A DNA stretch of 63,273 nt, counting the filler, from Choristocarpus tenellus KU-1152 (taxonomy: Eukaryota; Protista; Phaeophyceae): NCBI GenBank assembly GCA_964200185.2. It is 12 parts of 12 records of this genome, joined end to end, with 100 filler letters (N's around TTAATTAATTAA, not from the genome) between each part and the next. Parts side by side here need not be neighbours in the genome. Positions count along the whole stretch, not along the records: positions 22,756 to 31,381 come from CAXNAD020004516.1; positions 31,482 to 34,285 come from CAXNAD020024604.1; positions 34,386 to 38,112 come from CAXNAD020018273.1; 9 more parts are not named here. One strand, written 5' to 3'. Positions 23,267-36,544 of this stretch are shown here, one piece after another. How positions within the stretch are numbered: the first letter of the stretch is position 1; each line of letters opens with the position of its first letter. The notes beneath the pieces are model-generated. The model was not told the origin of the DNA. It did no database searches and worked only from the letters and a program-made list of their open reading frames with translations. Position numbers and translations under genes: made by a program.

Positions 23267-25906
23267 TCAGAAAAGAATTTGGTTCACATATCCCCGGCGA
23301 ATCTTGGCATAGATGCTGGCATTGCTTTGTCCTGCCTCATAACAGTACTTCAGGGGAATGCCAGCTTGCTTCAGGGTTTGATATATGCAGGCTGGATCCT
23401 CCCCAGACTTTGATACGCTACAAGCCCCAGCCAGGGCCCTATATGTTGCCTCTGTCGGGTGCACACCTCTTTCCTTCATATCTATGACTACCTGGAGTGC
23501 CAACTTCCACCCACCCTCGAACTTTTCATCCTGGGAGGGGTTTACTACTCTAGCGCCTTCATGACTTTCTTCATTTTCCTCTCCCCCTGCAGTCTTAAGC
23601 AGTACACTCCTTGTTTCAGTTCCAACTTGTGACTTGGTGAGTCGACCGTGGGAAATGGAAACAACATTCTTGCCTACCCATGTACTTCTCTGGCTCTCTT
23701 GTATTTTACGCTGCTCCGTGCTGCCCCCTGTGTAATGGGATCTACTGAGCTCTGAATTGTCATGGAAATTGCTACTTTTCCGAACAAGGTTTCTTCTCTC
23801 CCAGTCATGACTAAAGCCAACTACATCACCACAGGCTGCCACAACAAGGTGGTAGTGATGGGCCTGTGGGGTTACTCCATGCTTTCGCATCTCCTCGAGC
23901 ACAAGGAGTGCTTCGTGGGGTCTGGGAGGATGGGCGTTCTTAGCAGATCGGAGGAGGTGACGAAATGTGATGAGGCCCGGACCCGGGGTGCAGATGCCAG
24001 TATTGTATGCTGCTCTCATGGATCGATAGACCCCCTGGGCTGTTGACCAGGCGCCCTGAGTGGCGCACCTTGCAAGGAGTGCTTGATAACTGTTGGAATG
24101 ATAAGTCAGCAAGAAAAGGTAGAGTCGAAATGAGGAGAGGCTGTGTTAGACTTTAAAACATATGAGCAATAAAATTGTGCAGCGTGAGTGACTTTCGAGC
24201 AATAGTTGTTATTGAATTCTGTTCCTGTAATTTGGTAATGTACTTTTCCTTCTTTGGTAGAAGAGATGTGACTCTTGCTATGGTGAAGGTCTGTTTCAAG
24301 TAGCTGTTGATTTGGTGGGTGACTTCTTGAGCTTGCTCAACAAAAAATTTCTTGACCACAGCTCATAGAATATGCAGAGTAGAAAGACTACCTTTTAGAT
24401 CTAATTCGGTCCAAACTATGCACCAACGTATGAGTACTTGGTGTCTCCAATAAGGACCAAAGTAAATGGGAGTAATCTGAGCGGTACCTACTCCTACAAG
24501 TAAGAAACTTTACCCCTTCTCATCATGTCCTGGATACACTAATTGATATTCAATGGCCGATAATGTAGAACAGAAAAACGACAAAGCAGAATCACGGTAT
24601 GATACTAGTACCCCGACTACTATATATAGTATGACTGCTATTTCCCTACTCGGAAATTGTTGTTTGCTCACCAGTCATGGAGATCTTTAGTCTTTGTTAT
24701 GGGGGACAGTCTCTGCTCCAGGCGCAGCAAGTCAGATTCCAGAGTCGAATCTTCTCCATTACTCACTTTTTCCATACCACTGAATTCTGCCCTTGCTTTG
24801 AGGTCACAAACATGATCTCTGATCACTCTAATGCCACCTCCATCCTCAGTCGCAAGATCTTTTGCCTGGGAGTAACAGTGTTCAAATTCTTTCCTGGCCT
24901 CTTGCCATGCCTCTACTTGAATCCTATAGCTGGGGTTACACTTTCCTTCATCCATAATAGCAGCAGTCCATACACGATCAAGCTCGAGACGCAGCCTTTT
25001 TACAGACCAAGCATTTAGATGCAACGACAAGATGCGGACCGATGCAGCAACAAGCGCTGTGTCATCACCTCTACCACCATATTGCAGGAGTCCTTCCCCT
25101 GCCTCTTTCAGTAATAGGTGTAGAAGAGATCTCCACCTCTTGCCTCCCCTTCAAAGTCGTGTGAATGGATAGATGTATGGTGGAAGGAAGATCCAGAGGA
25201 CGATACATTGCATGAGTTGGAGGCTGTCGTACAAATCGAGCAATGTGAAAACTACAATGAATGTTCCTTTTCGCAATAGTCGACTTTGCTCAAGAACTGA
25301 TATAGAGTCAGTTTGTACGGGTGGGTCCGCCAATGATGACTGCCTGGATCGAGGCATACCTATTTTGTGGGCATAGAGTTTCTCCATTCCGTTCTTGTAG
25401 ACTGGCAGCAATCACTACTGCCTGCTGAAGCTTGAGTATGAAGGGTGGGCTCGCAGCAAGTAATTCGAGGTGTCTTTGCTCCACTTCAGTCGATAAAATG
25501 TTCATGATCTTGACTACTTCTCCCTTGGCGTCTTTGCGCTCATCCTCCAGGGACTTAATGAAGTATTGTGTCAACATGTATACAATAGGTGGGAGATAGT
25601 TGATGATCGGCAAGCTATGGTTCTTGACACGCTACGGGTGTTGAAATAAGGAGAGTATTTCCCTCTTTCTACAATTCTTGCAGCAGTTGGAGTAGCCGGA
25701 ACGATTCGAGAACCTCCCGTTGTTCGCTTAGCTTGCCTCAAGTCGAGTGACAGCTTCTTCGAAGTCGTCCTCCGCCTGCAGTCTCGCCGTTCTACGGTCC
25801 ACCCGTATGTTGCTGTGTTCTCTGGCATAGTTTACAGCATTCTCAAGATCTGCTTCCCCTTGAGCAATCTGAAAAGGTTTATCACCAAACTCTGTTGGTC
25901 TTCTTT
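23267..25906 (-). CDS. Pentatricopeptide-repeat (PPR) protein, 5' incomplete; exons 25906-25737, 25553-25360, 25148-24672, 24089-23267
   Basis: Last exon has PPR motifs (YQALLARCATQGAWSTAQGVYRSM; ALLVLEEMRKHGVTPQAHHYHLVVAAC; WKLALQVVIDMKERGVHPTEATYRALAGAC). Upstream exons join in compatible phases, one via a GC donor. Confidence 0.8.
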
Positions 25907-28649
25907 CTGACAACCATCACGTTTACTTAGTCGCATCATCTCGCGACAGATTTCAGAAGGAGGCAAACAAGTGGGTGTAAGTGAGGAGGGTGCAAACCTT
26001 GTCACGAAGTACCCTACTGCGTAAAACGTGGGCCGCAGATATTAATTTTGATGTTCTTGAAGCACCCATGGTGTTGGTGGATCGCTTAGACCCTCCCAGT
26101 GCGGTGGTCGAGGTATTGGGATGGTGGGGGTAGTGTTTCAGGTTGTGTGAGTGTGATTCAAGATTATTTAAAGGTGGTTACAGTAACGCCTTCCATCGTT
26201 TTACATGCATTTTCTGATTTCTGAAGAGAGAACAAACAACCCACTCAACAACAACAAAAGAACAAGAGTCACCCACCTCTAAATATCATCCCCACCAAAG
26301 GATACCTTGACACGTCTTTGTTTTGATGCTAGTACGCCCTTCAAAATATATATGGCATACTTCTGAGATACAAATTGACGCACACGCACGACCACTGGAT
26401 CAACCTGATTTGCAACCATTCTTCACGGACATCCCTCCAAGGATATATCCTGAACGAGGTTCTCGATAATTCTTCGTGATCCATCCTGATGTCAAATTCT
26501 TTGCTTGGAGCTGGAAAAGGGGGGGAATCTTCTAGCTCCCCACAAAGAGAGGGCGCCGACCTTGATGGTACTATTTCTGATGAGGTCGTGGGCACTGCCC
26601 ATCACAGTGGCTCCCAAGGCCCATCTTCACCTTCTTGTAAAGAAATCCAAACATCAACTACACGCACAAGGTAACATTTAAGTTGAGCGACTTTGAGGCT
26701 TTGGGTGAAGTATCTTTTAAGGGAAGTACAAGGATAACAGCGGTAGTTTTATAAAATTGACCGAGAAGACACAGATGCAAAATGAGCAGGATATCGTCCA
26801 CAGAAAATTTCGCGCAATCTCCTGGGATTACCTTGTCTACTCCCAGTACCTTCTCATGCATGTCTTCCATGACCATCCCAAGTATAAGAACTTGATTCAA
26901 ATGTATTTCCCGTCTAAACTTGATTTTGGAGAGGGGATATAATCGCGAGTGACGAGAACTGAATGCAATTAGAAGGACGGTTAAGAGCAATGTAATGGTA
27001 TGAAGCTTGAGATTATCGGCCAAGAGAACAATTGGAATTTTATGCATAGAGGTCACTTCAACACCTTTTCATGCGATGCAAAGTAGTTCCGGAGAACCAA
27101 CACCATGTTTAATCCTGCAAATGGAATGCGTAGTGAACGGATTGTTGAAGGGTCTTCCCGCAGTACGTCCTGCACACTGTGAACAGGATAGACCCAATTG
27201 TTGGGATGGAGGTTCAACCCGGTTGCCTACATGTGATCTATAAATTTGGACTTGCCGCAAGCAAGTTTACTATGTTGCAGGCACGGGGGAGGTTGCCTTC
27301 ACAAACGAACGTTGTTCAACTGCATCACCTCGCATGTGAACGCATGATGTGCTGCTAAACTGCCTGGGAAGATTCTCAGAGAGCTATTTACCCATCGCCA
27401 TGATGTACCAAATCCCAACCCGAGCCTGTGACAACAATTATATTCCCTGTTATCTCCTCATAATTCTCCTCTCCCCCCTGAACCTCAAACTCACTTCATT
27501 CCCACCGATGTTCCTTGTTGCTCGGATTTTTTTAAATATTAATGTCGGATAATGATGTTGGTGGTGATGATGGGCAGGGTGGTAAAAAGTCGTGTTATTT
27601 TCTCCCCCTTGCCCCCTGATCGTCGTGGGAGGAAACTAGGAAGGCGTGGTAGGGGTAGAGGGAGGGGCAGGGGCAGTGGCAGGAGCAGTGGCATTGGCAG
27701 GGGTGACCAGGGTGAAGACAGAGATGGACTGAGGGATCTGCTGGAAGATGAGACTCCAGAGTTGGCAGGGGCGCCAAAAGGAGAGGGGAAGGAAGGAGTG
27801 GCTACAGGTCCAGTGAGTGGGGAGGCACAAAGGTGGGTTCAGGTACCTACAGGCGGGAAGCACAGTTTGGTGGGTAACATGTGATAAGGGCTTGTGTTAT
27901 GCCGAGTCTTCAGAGGAAGTATTCTGAAGCTTTGGAATTGGAATAGAGTATGAACTGGGGAAAATCGTGGGTGTAGGCAGGGCAGGAACAAGGTGAAGTG
28001 AGTAGGGAAGACATGCGGGTGAACAAAAATATAGCTCTCAAGGTGTAAGGTTGAGGACTGGAATAAGATTGAAGTTGGGATAGCTCAACAGTATAATCAG
28101 CATCTAAAGATGGAGTCTGTCCTCAAGGACTGAAGGAGAGGTGTTTGTCTCATTCAGTTCTTGTACAATCCCCCTTGTTGGGCAGGTATTGTAATGAGAG
28201 GAGAGATTTGTCTGCATGGCAACAACAGTTTGTGCGTGTGCCTACTGTTTGATGATGTAGATGGGTTTTCAGTCAGTGTCTAATTCATCTGGTCAGTGAC
28301 TTGTACGTATGTTGAGGGTATGTTTGATTCATGTTGCATGTTCCATTCAATTTTTTTGGTCTGCAGGTTTATGAGAGCAGTGAATGAAGTCTCAATATAC
28401 ATGTATAGTAATTATGTGTGTGTGTGCACACATTTGCAGGGGTCTCTTGGATTCAAGTGTTTACCTTCAGGAATTGATCATATTCCATTGCTCAAGGGAA
28501 ATCAAGAACAGACTGTCCCCTTGCCCCATATGTTGTTTTTTGTTGGGAATGTAGGTCTCCAGTTGCTTCACCCAGTCATAAGTATCGTAGAAAGCTTACC
28601 ATGTGCTTTCCTTGGCAGCACGCCTTGTCAGACAAAAGTGCAGTCTATC

Positions 28650-29520
28650 TGATGTTTCGCTACTAGAGGTTTGCACTATAAATATTGATGTATGGTAAGA
28701 CTGAGCTACTTTGCAAATATCAAATGGTTGATGCAAAGTATTTCTTTGACAGACATGCTTGTACTGTACATGTGAATGGCCACGTTACGTTTTTCATGTG
28801 AAAGCGGACGCTGTCCAATATGCAACATGGCATGCCATGATCATGAAGATAAATTTTTCCGTAAGTCTGTTGCATAGGTTATTGCATTGATTTCTCTTCG
28901 ACTGTTCTATCCTGTCCTGTTCCCTATTTATACGCAGTAAACACTAGTAAAGGCAACATATCTTTTCTAGATACTCTTTATTGAGAAAGTAGTTCTATTA
29001 CATACCGTGTGAACAGCCAAGATGCATAGCTCTCATTTCTATGTGACCCTTTGCATATCTTAGCCAGGAAGTAGCAGATCAAGATAGTCCATCCATAAAT
29101 CCTGATTTCCTTGCACTCTATTGTCAGTGCTGTCGCCAGACAACTGCAGGCCTTGTGGGATTGTATTTGGTTCCTCTCAACATCTTGGAGAAATATCTGG
29201 GATTTTTCTCAAGGGTAATATTTCTTACGTGTGATACATCCACAAAACTACACCGGAGTGTTTGTTCTGTTTGTGCAATATGCAAAGGATGTACTACCTC
29301 TATAGTTTGTAAGACAGGCTGGGTGTCAATGCTTTGGGAAGAAGCCCATATTGTGCTCTCCAATTGGATCATGCCACAAGCAACAATTTTCTTCTCAGTA
29401 AACTGGTCTGTAGAATGGTCTGTAAACCCCGACTGCACTGGAGACTGTGAAAGGGTGTACATCATCGCCCCAGAAGATGTGATTTGTATAGTCCTGGTCA
29501 TTCTGTATAGGAGTTTTCCC
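28650..29520 (-). pseudogene. Possible KDZ-like transposase relic
   Basis: Scattered minus-strand motifs LGCSHG and DSVRFHMKN across frameshifts; weak. Confidence 0.25.
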
Positions 29521-31481
29521 ACTTATTTGTGCACTTCAAGCCACAATTTGATTGCTAGTATTGACGGCATCACAATGGTTTTCTGATTTGGGATGAAAGG
29601 TGAATTCTAGGGCTGCAGTTGCCGCACACACGTTACTATATGGGCAAGACACACCATGTAATGGTGCAAAAATCCTCCTTGTGCCCAGCATTCAATAGTC
29701 ATGGAACCCAGGGGAAAAGAGCAGTGTAGATGATGAGAATGATGATCCAAGCAAATAGAAGTGTCGAGGTTTTTTCCTTAAGAAAGTGTTGCGTCGAAGA
29801 AGTCAAGACTATGAAGTCAAGACTATGTGAAGGAAGAGATTAACTATGTGGGCTGCTATCCCAACACTGGAGATGTCCTGCCCGCCAGGGGCAAGTGACA
29901 AGATAACCTAGAATGCTGTATTAGGTGGTGCTAGCAAGTGGATGCTGCTAATGCTGGGCCAGAGAGATGAAATCCCAGCCTTGTGTAGCCAGTTGTGTTT
30001 GCAGCCCAAGCATTGTTGAAGTTGAAGATATCGAAAACTTGAGCGGTTTGAACTTCCAAGGGCATGGGAGTGGGGTGGAGTGGGTTTAAGGGAGGCATAG
30101 CCTAGAGCCGGCCTTTCCCCCGCCACAAACAGCATTCCATACCTCAGGAATGGCTCCAGCTGTCTAGAAGAGTAGGAGGGTATAGCTGAGGCCTTGATAC
30201 AGAACCTCAGGGAGGATGGGTTGGTAAAGGATGTAGTAAGTTGTGTGAATGATGAAAGAAGTGGGATTGATGATGAAAAGGTTGATACATGAGGGAAGAT
30301 AGGAATACACAGGGTGGTGATGGTGGTGGAGAGGTGAGGTCCCTTCCTCAGCCTTTGTTGAAACAGAACCTCTTCTCAAGTTAGGAGAATTTATTTGTTG
30401 ACAAGAAGACATTATTATTATTATTATTGACTGGAAGACACTTAGCACATCGGTTCACTGGACAGCGAGTGATGTTTTTTTAGTGCTCTTGCCTCAAGTC
30501 CTCTTCCGTGTGTAGGTAGACAAGAGAAATCTATTTGGTTTATTGTTGTGTGCTAGGTTGCTGCTGTTCTCTGCACCAGAAATTGCACCCATGATGTCAT
30601 ATTGCAGGGGTATCAATTCATCCATATAAATACTGTTTCGAATAGCCATATTTATATGTAGTATAAGATTTTAGTTACGGAAATGTTGATAGGGTTAGTC
30701 ACCTTTTTTTCCTGTTTTCTGTTGTTCTGTGTGTTTTTAAAATACCAGGAAGAGGGCAAGAAACACCAGCGAAGGTGAGAACAGGTGGGATAGGATACGC
30801 GCAAAGTTCAGGGCATTGGTGGCAAAGACAAGAAGAGACTTGCATTTCTTACAGGCAAGCCAAGTTGAAGAGAAAGGGGGAGTGCAAGGCAAAATGTTTT
30901 TTTATATTTATATTTGTACAAACTTTGTACAACTACTAGTCTGTTTTTTTTTTACATTTTGAGTATTTTTGTTTGCAGAGTTTATGGATTTGACTGAATC
31001 TGTGCTGAGATTCTTTGGTAGGCATGCCTCCTACGCTTCTGGCACATTCATCTGTGTTGCGGCAGGATCACTGCGACAGGCACGTGGTCTTCTCGATTAA
31101 ATCGATTAAAGTAGTTTCAGTATGTGGATTTTGCAGTGTTACGGTCATTAGTTTGTTGTTCGTAGTTTGTAGGAGAAGCAGTGCTGTGTTGTACCTCTCA
31201 TCTCAGGTAGGGACAATTCCAAGACTGCAGTGAAGGCAACAATAATAGTAAGAATAATGTCTTTAAAATATGAATTGAGCAGTGTTCAGGCACACATCTT
31301 TTTTTTTTGTTACATTTTCCTGTCGAGGGCTGACGCTGGGAGAAGATACATGGAAAGCATTACCACGCAAAGGGGGGGGGGNNNNNNNNNNNNNNNNNNN
31401 NNNNNNNNNNNNNNNNNNNNNNNNNTTAATTAATTAANNNNNNNNNNNNNNNNNNNNNNNNNNNNNNNNNNNNNNNNNNNN

Positions 31482-31578
31482 CGGGGGTTCAGACGTGTGC
31501 CCTTCCGACCCCAAACCCCACCAAACAAGTGAAAAACGGACGCCGCCCCCCCCCCCCCCCCCCAAGATACTTTGACCC
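31482..31578 (-). mobile_element. MITE/TE family C terminus
   Basis: GTGAAAAACGGACGCC(C)nAAGATACTTTGACCC = reverse complement of the family C left end. Confidence 0.75.
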
Positions 31579-31933
31579 TGTAGAGTATTGAAATTGCCTG
31601 TTAAATGTTGGTCAGAAACATAGAATGATTCCTCCTCTTCAACTGTGTAAGGTGTGGTAGTTAGTCCAAGTAGATACGTCAGGAAGATAGCAATAGCCAA
31701 CCATTGGCAACATAATCAACAGCAGGCATTGAGCAGAGAGAAAGAATGGAGGCAAGGAGAGGGATATAAGGGGGCGGCATCTAGGGGAAGGATGGGATGT
31801 GTCGACTGTGAAGTGTAGAGTATTGTACTATACTGCTCAACTGGATGGTTAGTCCTTGAGTAAAGACTTTGCTTGCGCATCTCAGCACAATTCATTGTCT
31901 TTGCAAGAATATACAATACCGTATTAAACCTAG

Positions 31934-32381
31934 GAGTGAAAGTATCTTGGACGGTACGAGTTTTGCCCTGTCTGCCCATTTGGGGCTTGGCTTCCCATGG
32001 TTTTTTTTAATGACATTTTCCTACTCCAAAATGTTTCAGAGTGTAGGCAAAACGTGTAGGTTATGGAAGGGTGTGTCTGGAACAAGGGATATTGACACTT
32101 CCTAAACAAACACGATAGACAAAATTACATCAAAATCGAAACATCTTACTCCAAAACGTTTCGGAGTAGGTAAAATGTACTCAGAGTGTATGTTAGAAGG
32201 TGTGTCCAGAACAAGGGATATTGACAATTCCTAACAAACATGATAGCCAAAAATACAAGAAAATTGCAACATTGGATTTTGGCCCCCAAATGCACAGGGC
32301 TCTACCCTCTAAGATGCCTTGACTCCATTGGATATTAGCCCCCAAACGGACGCGGCTTTACCCTCAAAGATACTTTGACTC
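31934..32381 (+). mobile_element. MITE family A with internal duplication and duplicated right end
   Basis: Body restarts at TACTCCAAAACG (~32147); right TIR at ~32325 and again at 32381; flanks CTAG/CTAT. Confidence 0.9.
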
Positions 32382-33159
32382 CTATACTCCTAACGTTTTC
32401 AATTCACCACAACACTACACATAGAGGTGTAGACAAGACCTGTCAAGCAAGAAGCATATATCTCCGATACTCTTCCCCACAAAAGGGAAGAGGGAGGCGT
32501 GCACCCCATACTTTCAGCCAAATCTCAAACTATGTATCTGTAAGGGAACATAGAGCTTAGGCAGAAGGGTTGTACTGCGCCAGACAAGACAACAAAAAGC
32601 CTTCCTTCTTCTAGTTTGTCTCACAAGACACTCAAAATACTCCAAGACTGTGCCAAAGCTCACCATTTCTCTAGTTGCTCAGGGCAACCTTCACGAAATG
32701 ACTTACAGGTTAATCTCATCTGTTCATGCCATAAATATAATTGTATACATTTGTATACATAGATATTCATATACACACACATACATGCAACGCTTGTATC
32801 AGAATATAACCCCTTAACCTCAACAAATGGCACAGCAGAGTAATCCAACTAGAAGTAAAAAATAAAATGTGTGTAGCATTTGACCAACCTACTCCAAAAA
32901 AGGTAAATGCACAAAATGCATTGAACTATTGCATCCATCGTGAGTCTACAGTACCACTGTGTACCTCAAACTTATTCAATATCAATTCATCGATTTCTTA
33001 CACCATCATTTCCAAATCTTTATTTTTAGAATGGAGTAGCACCTTATTGCACACCACTGCCCTCAAACGGAGTACACTGCCTTTTTTTTAAACGAAAAAA
33101 ACGAAGCTTTAAAAATTAAAAGTGGACTTGCCCAGCGAAAATATGCAGCATCCCTGCAG

Positions 33160-33242
33160 TATCAGCATCGGATGTTGATATCAATATCAGCATCAATATC
33201 AGTATCAATATCAGTATCAATATCAGCATCAATATCAGTATC
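33160..33242 (+). repeat. 6/12-bp minisatellite (ATCAATATCAGY)n
   Basis: Direct reading; flanked by ATCCCTGCAGT on both sides. Confidence 0.85.
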
Positions 33243-33535
33243 CCTGCAGTGTGGGCATGAGTTGTTGACGAACTCCAGCTAAGGTCTAGAGCTTCGACTG
33301 GAGCTACAGCTGGTGCTACAGCTACAGCTAGGGTTTGGGCTAGGCTTAGTCTTGATCGTGAGCAATTTTTTATATTTACATATTTTTATAGTTATATAGA
33401 TGGCATCCATCCGGTTGATTGCATTGGTCGCAAACGGTCATCAACAGACTGAAAATCGCACAGCTGTGTAGCTGCACTTGATGTCTAAATCCTATCCCAT
33501 ACTCTATACAAATACAAAAGAGGACAAAAGCATCC

Positions 33536-33683
33536 CTTGCAATCCAACTCATAACACAAAGAGTTAATTGTATTACTTGCAATCCAACTCATAGCACAAA
33601 GAGTTAATTGTATTACTTGCAATCCAACTCATAACACAAAGAGTTAATTGTATTACTTGCAATCCAACTCATAACACAAAGAG
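33536..33683 (+). repeat. 40-bp tandem repeat x3.7
   Basis: CTTGCAATCCAACTCATAACACAAAGAGTTAATTGTATTA; one substitution, no spacers. Confidence 0.95.
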
Positions 33684-34385
33684 ATATTTTTATTAACCAA
33701 TACCTTCACCAAAAGCAACCAACAGACCTAAATTTAAAATAAATAAAAAACGAAAGAGTGGTCGTTCCCTCTCCCAGCGCCCCAAAACTACGAAATGGTT
33801 CTACTTCGAACATCGGTGCGAATACCCCTACAGGCCAGAAAAATACCATTGGAAAGGCGTTTCTTGTGACCTGGCAATTGGCGGATCATAACAGGGTTAG
33901 GTTCAAGAGTTCCATTTTTCGTGCGAGGCCTCGTAGTGGGTCTCTGCAAGGCCTCCACAAAAGCAAAATCTTGTACCATCCTGTGCATTTATAGCCTGCC
34001 CCACGAGCTGTCTGAAGTGATATTGAAGAGAGGACATACGCATACGACGCACTATATATGCAGTAGAGGTACAACTATCGCAGGTCATACCCCCATCCAA
34101 CACAACCAACGAACTCTAACCCAACACTTGTCCCCATACATCAACCGATCGAGGACCTTTCTGCAACACCACACACCTAGCCCTAACCCTAGCCCTAACA
34201 CCAATAAACGTATCGCACCTCTAATCCAATCCAATCCAATGAAAATAATAACACAACCTCTCAACCCTTTTGACTGCCCCCCCCCNNNNNNNNNNNNNNN
34301 NNNNNNNNNNNNNNNNNNNNNNNNNNNNNTTAATTAATTAANNNNNNNNNNNNNNNNNNNNNNNNNNNNNNNNNNNNNNNNNNNN

Positions 34386-34508
34386 GCATACACCTTATCT
34401 ACTCCTAAACATTTTGGAGTAGGAAAATGTCATAAAAGAACCCATGGGAAGCCAATCCCCAAATGGACAAAAAGGGCAAAACTCGTACCCTCTAAGATGC
34501 TTTCACTC
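34386..34508 (-). mobile_element. MITE family A, partial (cut by gap)
   Basis: Ends in TACCCTCTAAGATGCTTTCACTC. Confidence 0.88.
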
Positions 34509-35109
34509 CTACCCCTCACTTGGTTTAGCTCTGTTTATACAACCTGTTCCATCGTTACCCTCCACTCTTATCGACTTTTGTTTCATATTGTTCCCCCTTA
34601 CGACTATACACCCTTGTCATAGATGGTGCAATTCCTTTGTTTTCCTATTTAGTGAATGTAAAATATTCATGCAGAATAGGATCCCCACTCAAGCCATACT
34701 AGTCCTTACTAAAGTAAATCGTGTTCACGATTAGGAGTTGACTCCACCATTCCATAGCCATAGACCTTACTCTACTTGAGCTATGCTACTACTACTGCCA
34801 CTGCATCCAAATTGAACTGTTAGATCTTTGTGTGCAATATTTGCAATGATCTCATCTCATTTGTGCAGCTTGCATAAACTCTTTCCTCCCATTGTGCACG
34901 CTTGAGTTTTGCTAGTTCAAGTTTATGTGGTCTAACAATTTGTCTTTTATCACATCCCATCCACTTTGCTCAAACGTCTAATCTCCACCTGAGAACCTTG
35001 CTTAAACAACACAACTTAAGTAACCATCATCCACACAACATGCGCAATTTGATGCCTATCACAACGACTTAGTGCCAAACCACGATGTAGGCAAGGTTAA
35101 ATTTCAATT

Positions 35110-35315
35110 ATCCTGAGGAAGGGCAAAAATGTGCAATGAGTGTTGACTGAACTGCGGTGCTACTCTATGTATGGAAAGAGGGAATATAAATTTTGTGCAG
35201 ACTATTGTGCAAATAAACAATTGAAATAATATAGTGTATTGTACAGGATAATAAAGGTGACTTAGAATGCAAAACGGTCCAAGTCTGCCTACCTTTCAAT
35301 TGGTTGGCTCAGTGC
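35110..35315 (+). mobile_element. Isolated arm of foldback family D
   Basis: Matches 38948-39163 (GGGAATAT..., GGTGACTTAGAA, CTGCCTACC..TCAA..TTGGCTCA). Confidence 0.7.
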
Positions 35316-36544
35316 TATATATCTAATCAAAGGAGAAATCAGGCTCGGTTACTACACAGCAATGGTGATCTGTATCTATGATGTCGGAAGAAGCACAACA
35401 ATGTCCACGAAAAAGTGTGAACGACAAACTGTTCTCAAAAGCACAAGTAAGCATAGAAGCAAACCTTTCACCAGCCCTAACCAATGTATAATACAAATAC
35501 CAAGAATACTTCAACCCAATGCATTATGAAGTATAGCCGACACAACTCCCTTTCCCTTCCCAGCCCTATCAAGGTATGGCCCATGATCGACCATGACAAT
35601 CTCCAAAGCTCTCCCGGGTACAATCCAAGTAAGAAAGGGAGCTTCAGGAAAGAAGCACTATCCAAAGAAGAGAATGCTCTGATGTTCCCATTCTTTGGCC
35701 AAACAAGTTTATGCCTACTGCATCTCACCTTCAGAAACGATCCAGTTCCAAAAACATACTCAGGTCAATGCAAAAGAGCAACTAGTAAGTGCTTTGTCAA
35801 GACCAGGAGGACTGCTATGAACAAGACAGTTTTGCAAGGGGCAGAGGAGAGGACAGCACTCACACATTCAACCACCACCACACTACTTCTCCAACCATCT
35901 ACAATGAAGGATGTGAACTAAAAACGCACGCTTCTCCAGGCACCAACCAATATAGAAACTCATGTTCATATTGCAAAAGGGGACGCAAAAACAACAGTTT
36001 TTTAGGCCCGAGTCGTGGCACAAAAACTAAGCTTGCTCCACACTAGGCGTGTACCAACATCTACCTCACAAGAGATACGTATGAACTATGACCGCAACAA
36101 ATAAGTCACCACCACAGCAGACAATCCCACCCACTGCCCCCCCCTCCCGTAGGGTTTGGGCACCATGGACAGGCCGGCCACGCCTATGTAACTTGGAAAG
36201 CCATAAAAGGACAAACTTGAGAGGTAAGATGCACAACAATTGGACACAAAACCATCAACAGCATTAATAGAAAGTGACCTAACCTACAATAAATTATATC
36301 TCCACTCCCAATTAGCACAGATCTCACATGAATAAAGAACTGCCGACTCCAATCAAGTGAGGTAGCACACAACATGACCTAGTAGTGTGCAAGCCACCCC
36401 TCACAACAACAGAATGAGGATATGGGGACCTAAATATGGGGGCATAACTATAAGGTGGACAAGTGAACAGGGACTGGGATGGGGGGATCTATCTCAATGA
36501 CTTATTTATTCTCCTTGCAACACTGGCATCGCTCTCTATGTCAC

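Noticed and set aside
24153-24359. 68-aa ORF as an extra PPR exon
   Set aside because: The flanking exons already join in phase without it; no PPR motif.
33536-33683. CRISPR-like 40-bp repeats
   Set aside because: Contiguous units without spacers, no cas genes, eukaryotic context.
31590-34110. Possible minus-strand exons in this contig
   Set aside because: No recognisable domain and no consistent exon chain could be built.
34177-34199. Telomere-like CCCTAA/TTAGGG units (also ~4503, ~53112)
   Set aside because: Only 2-3 imperfect units; not a telomere.
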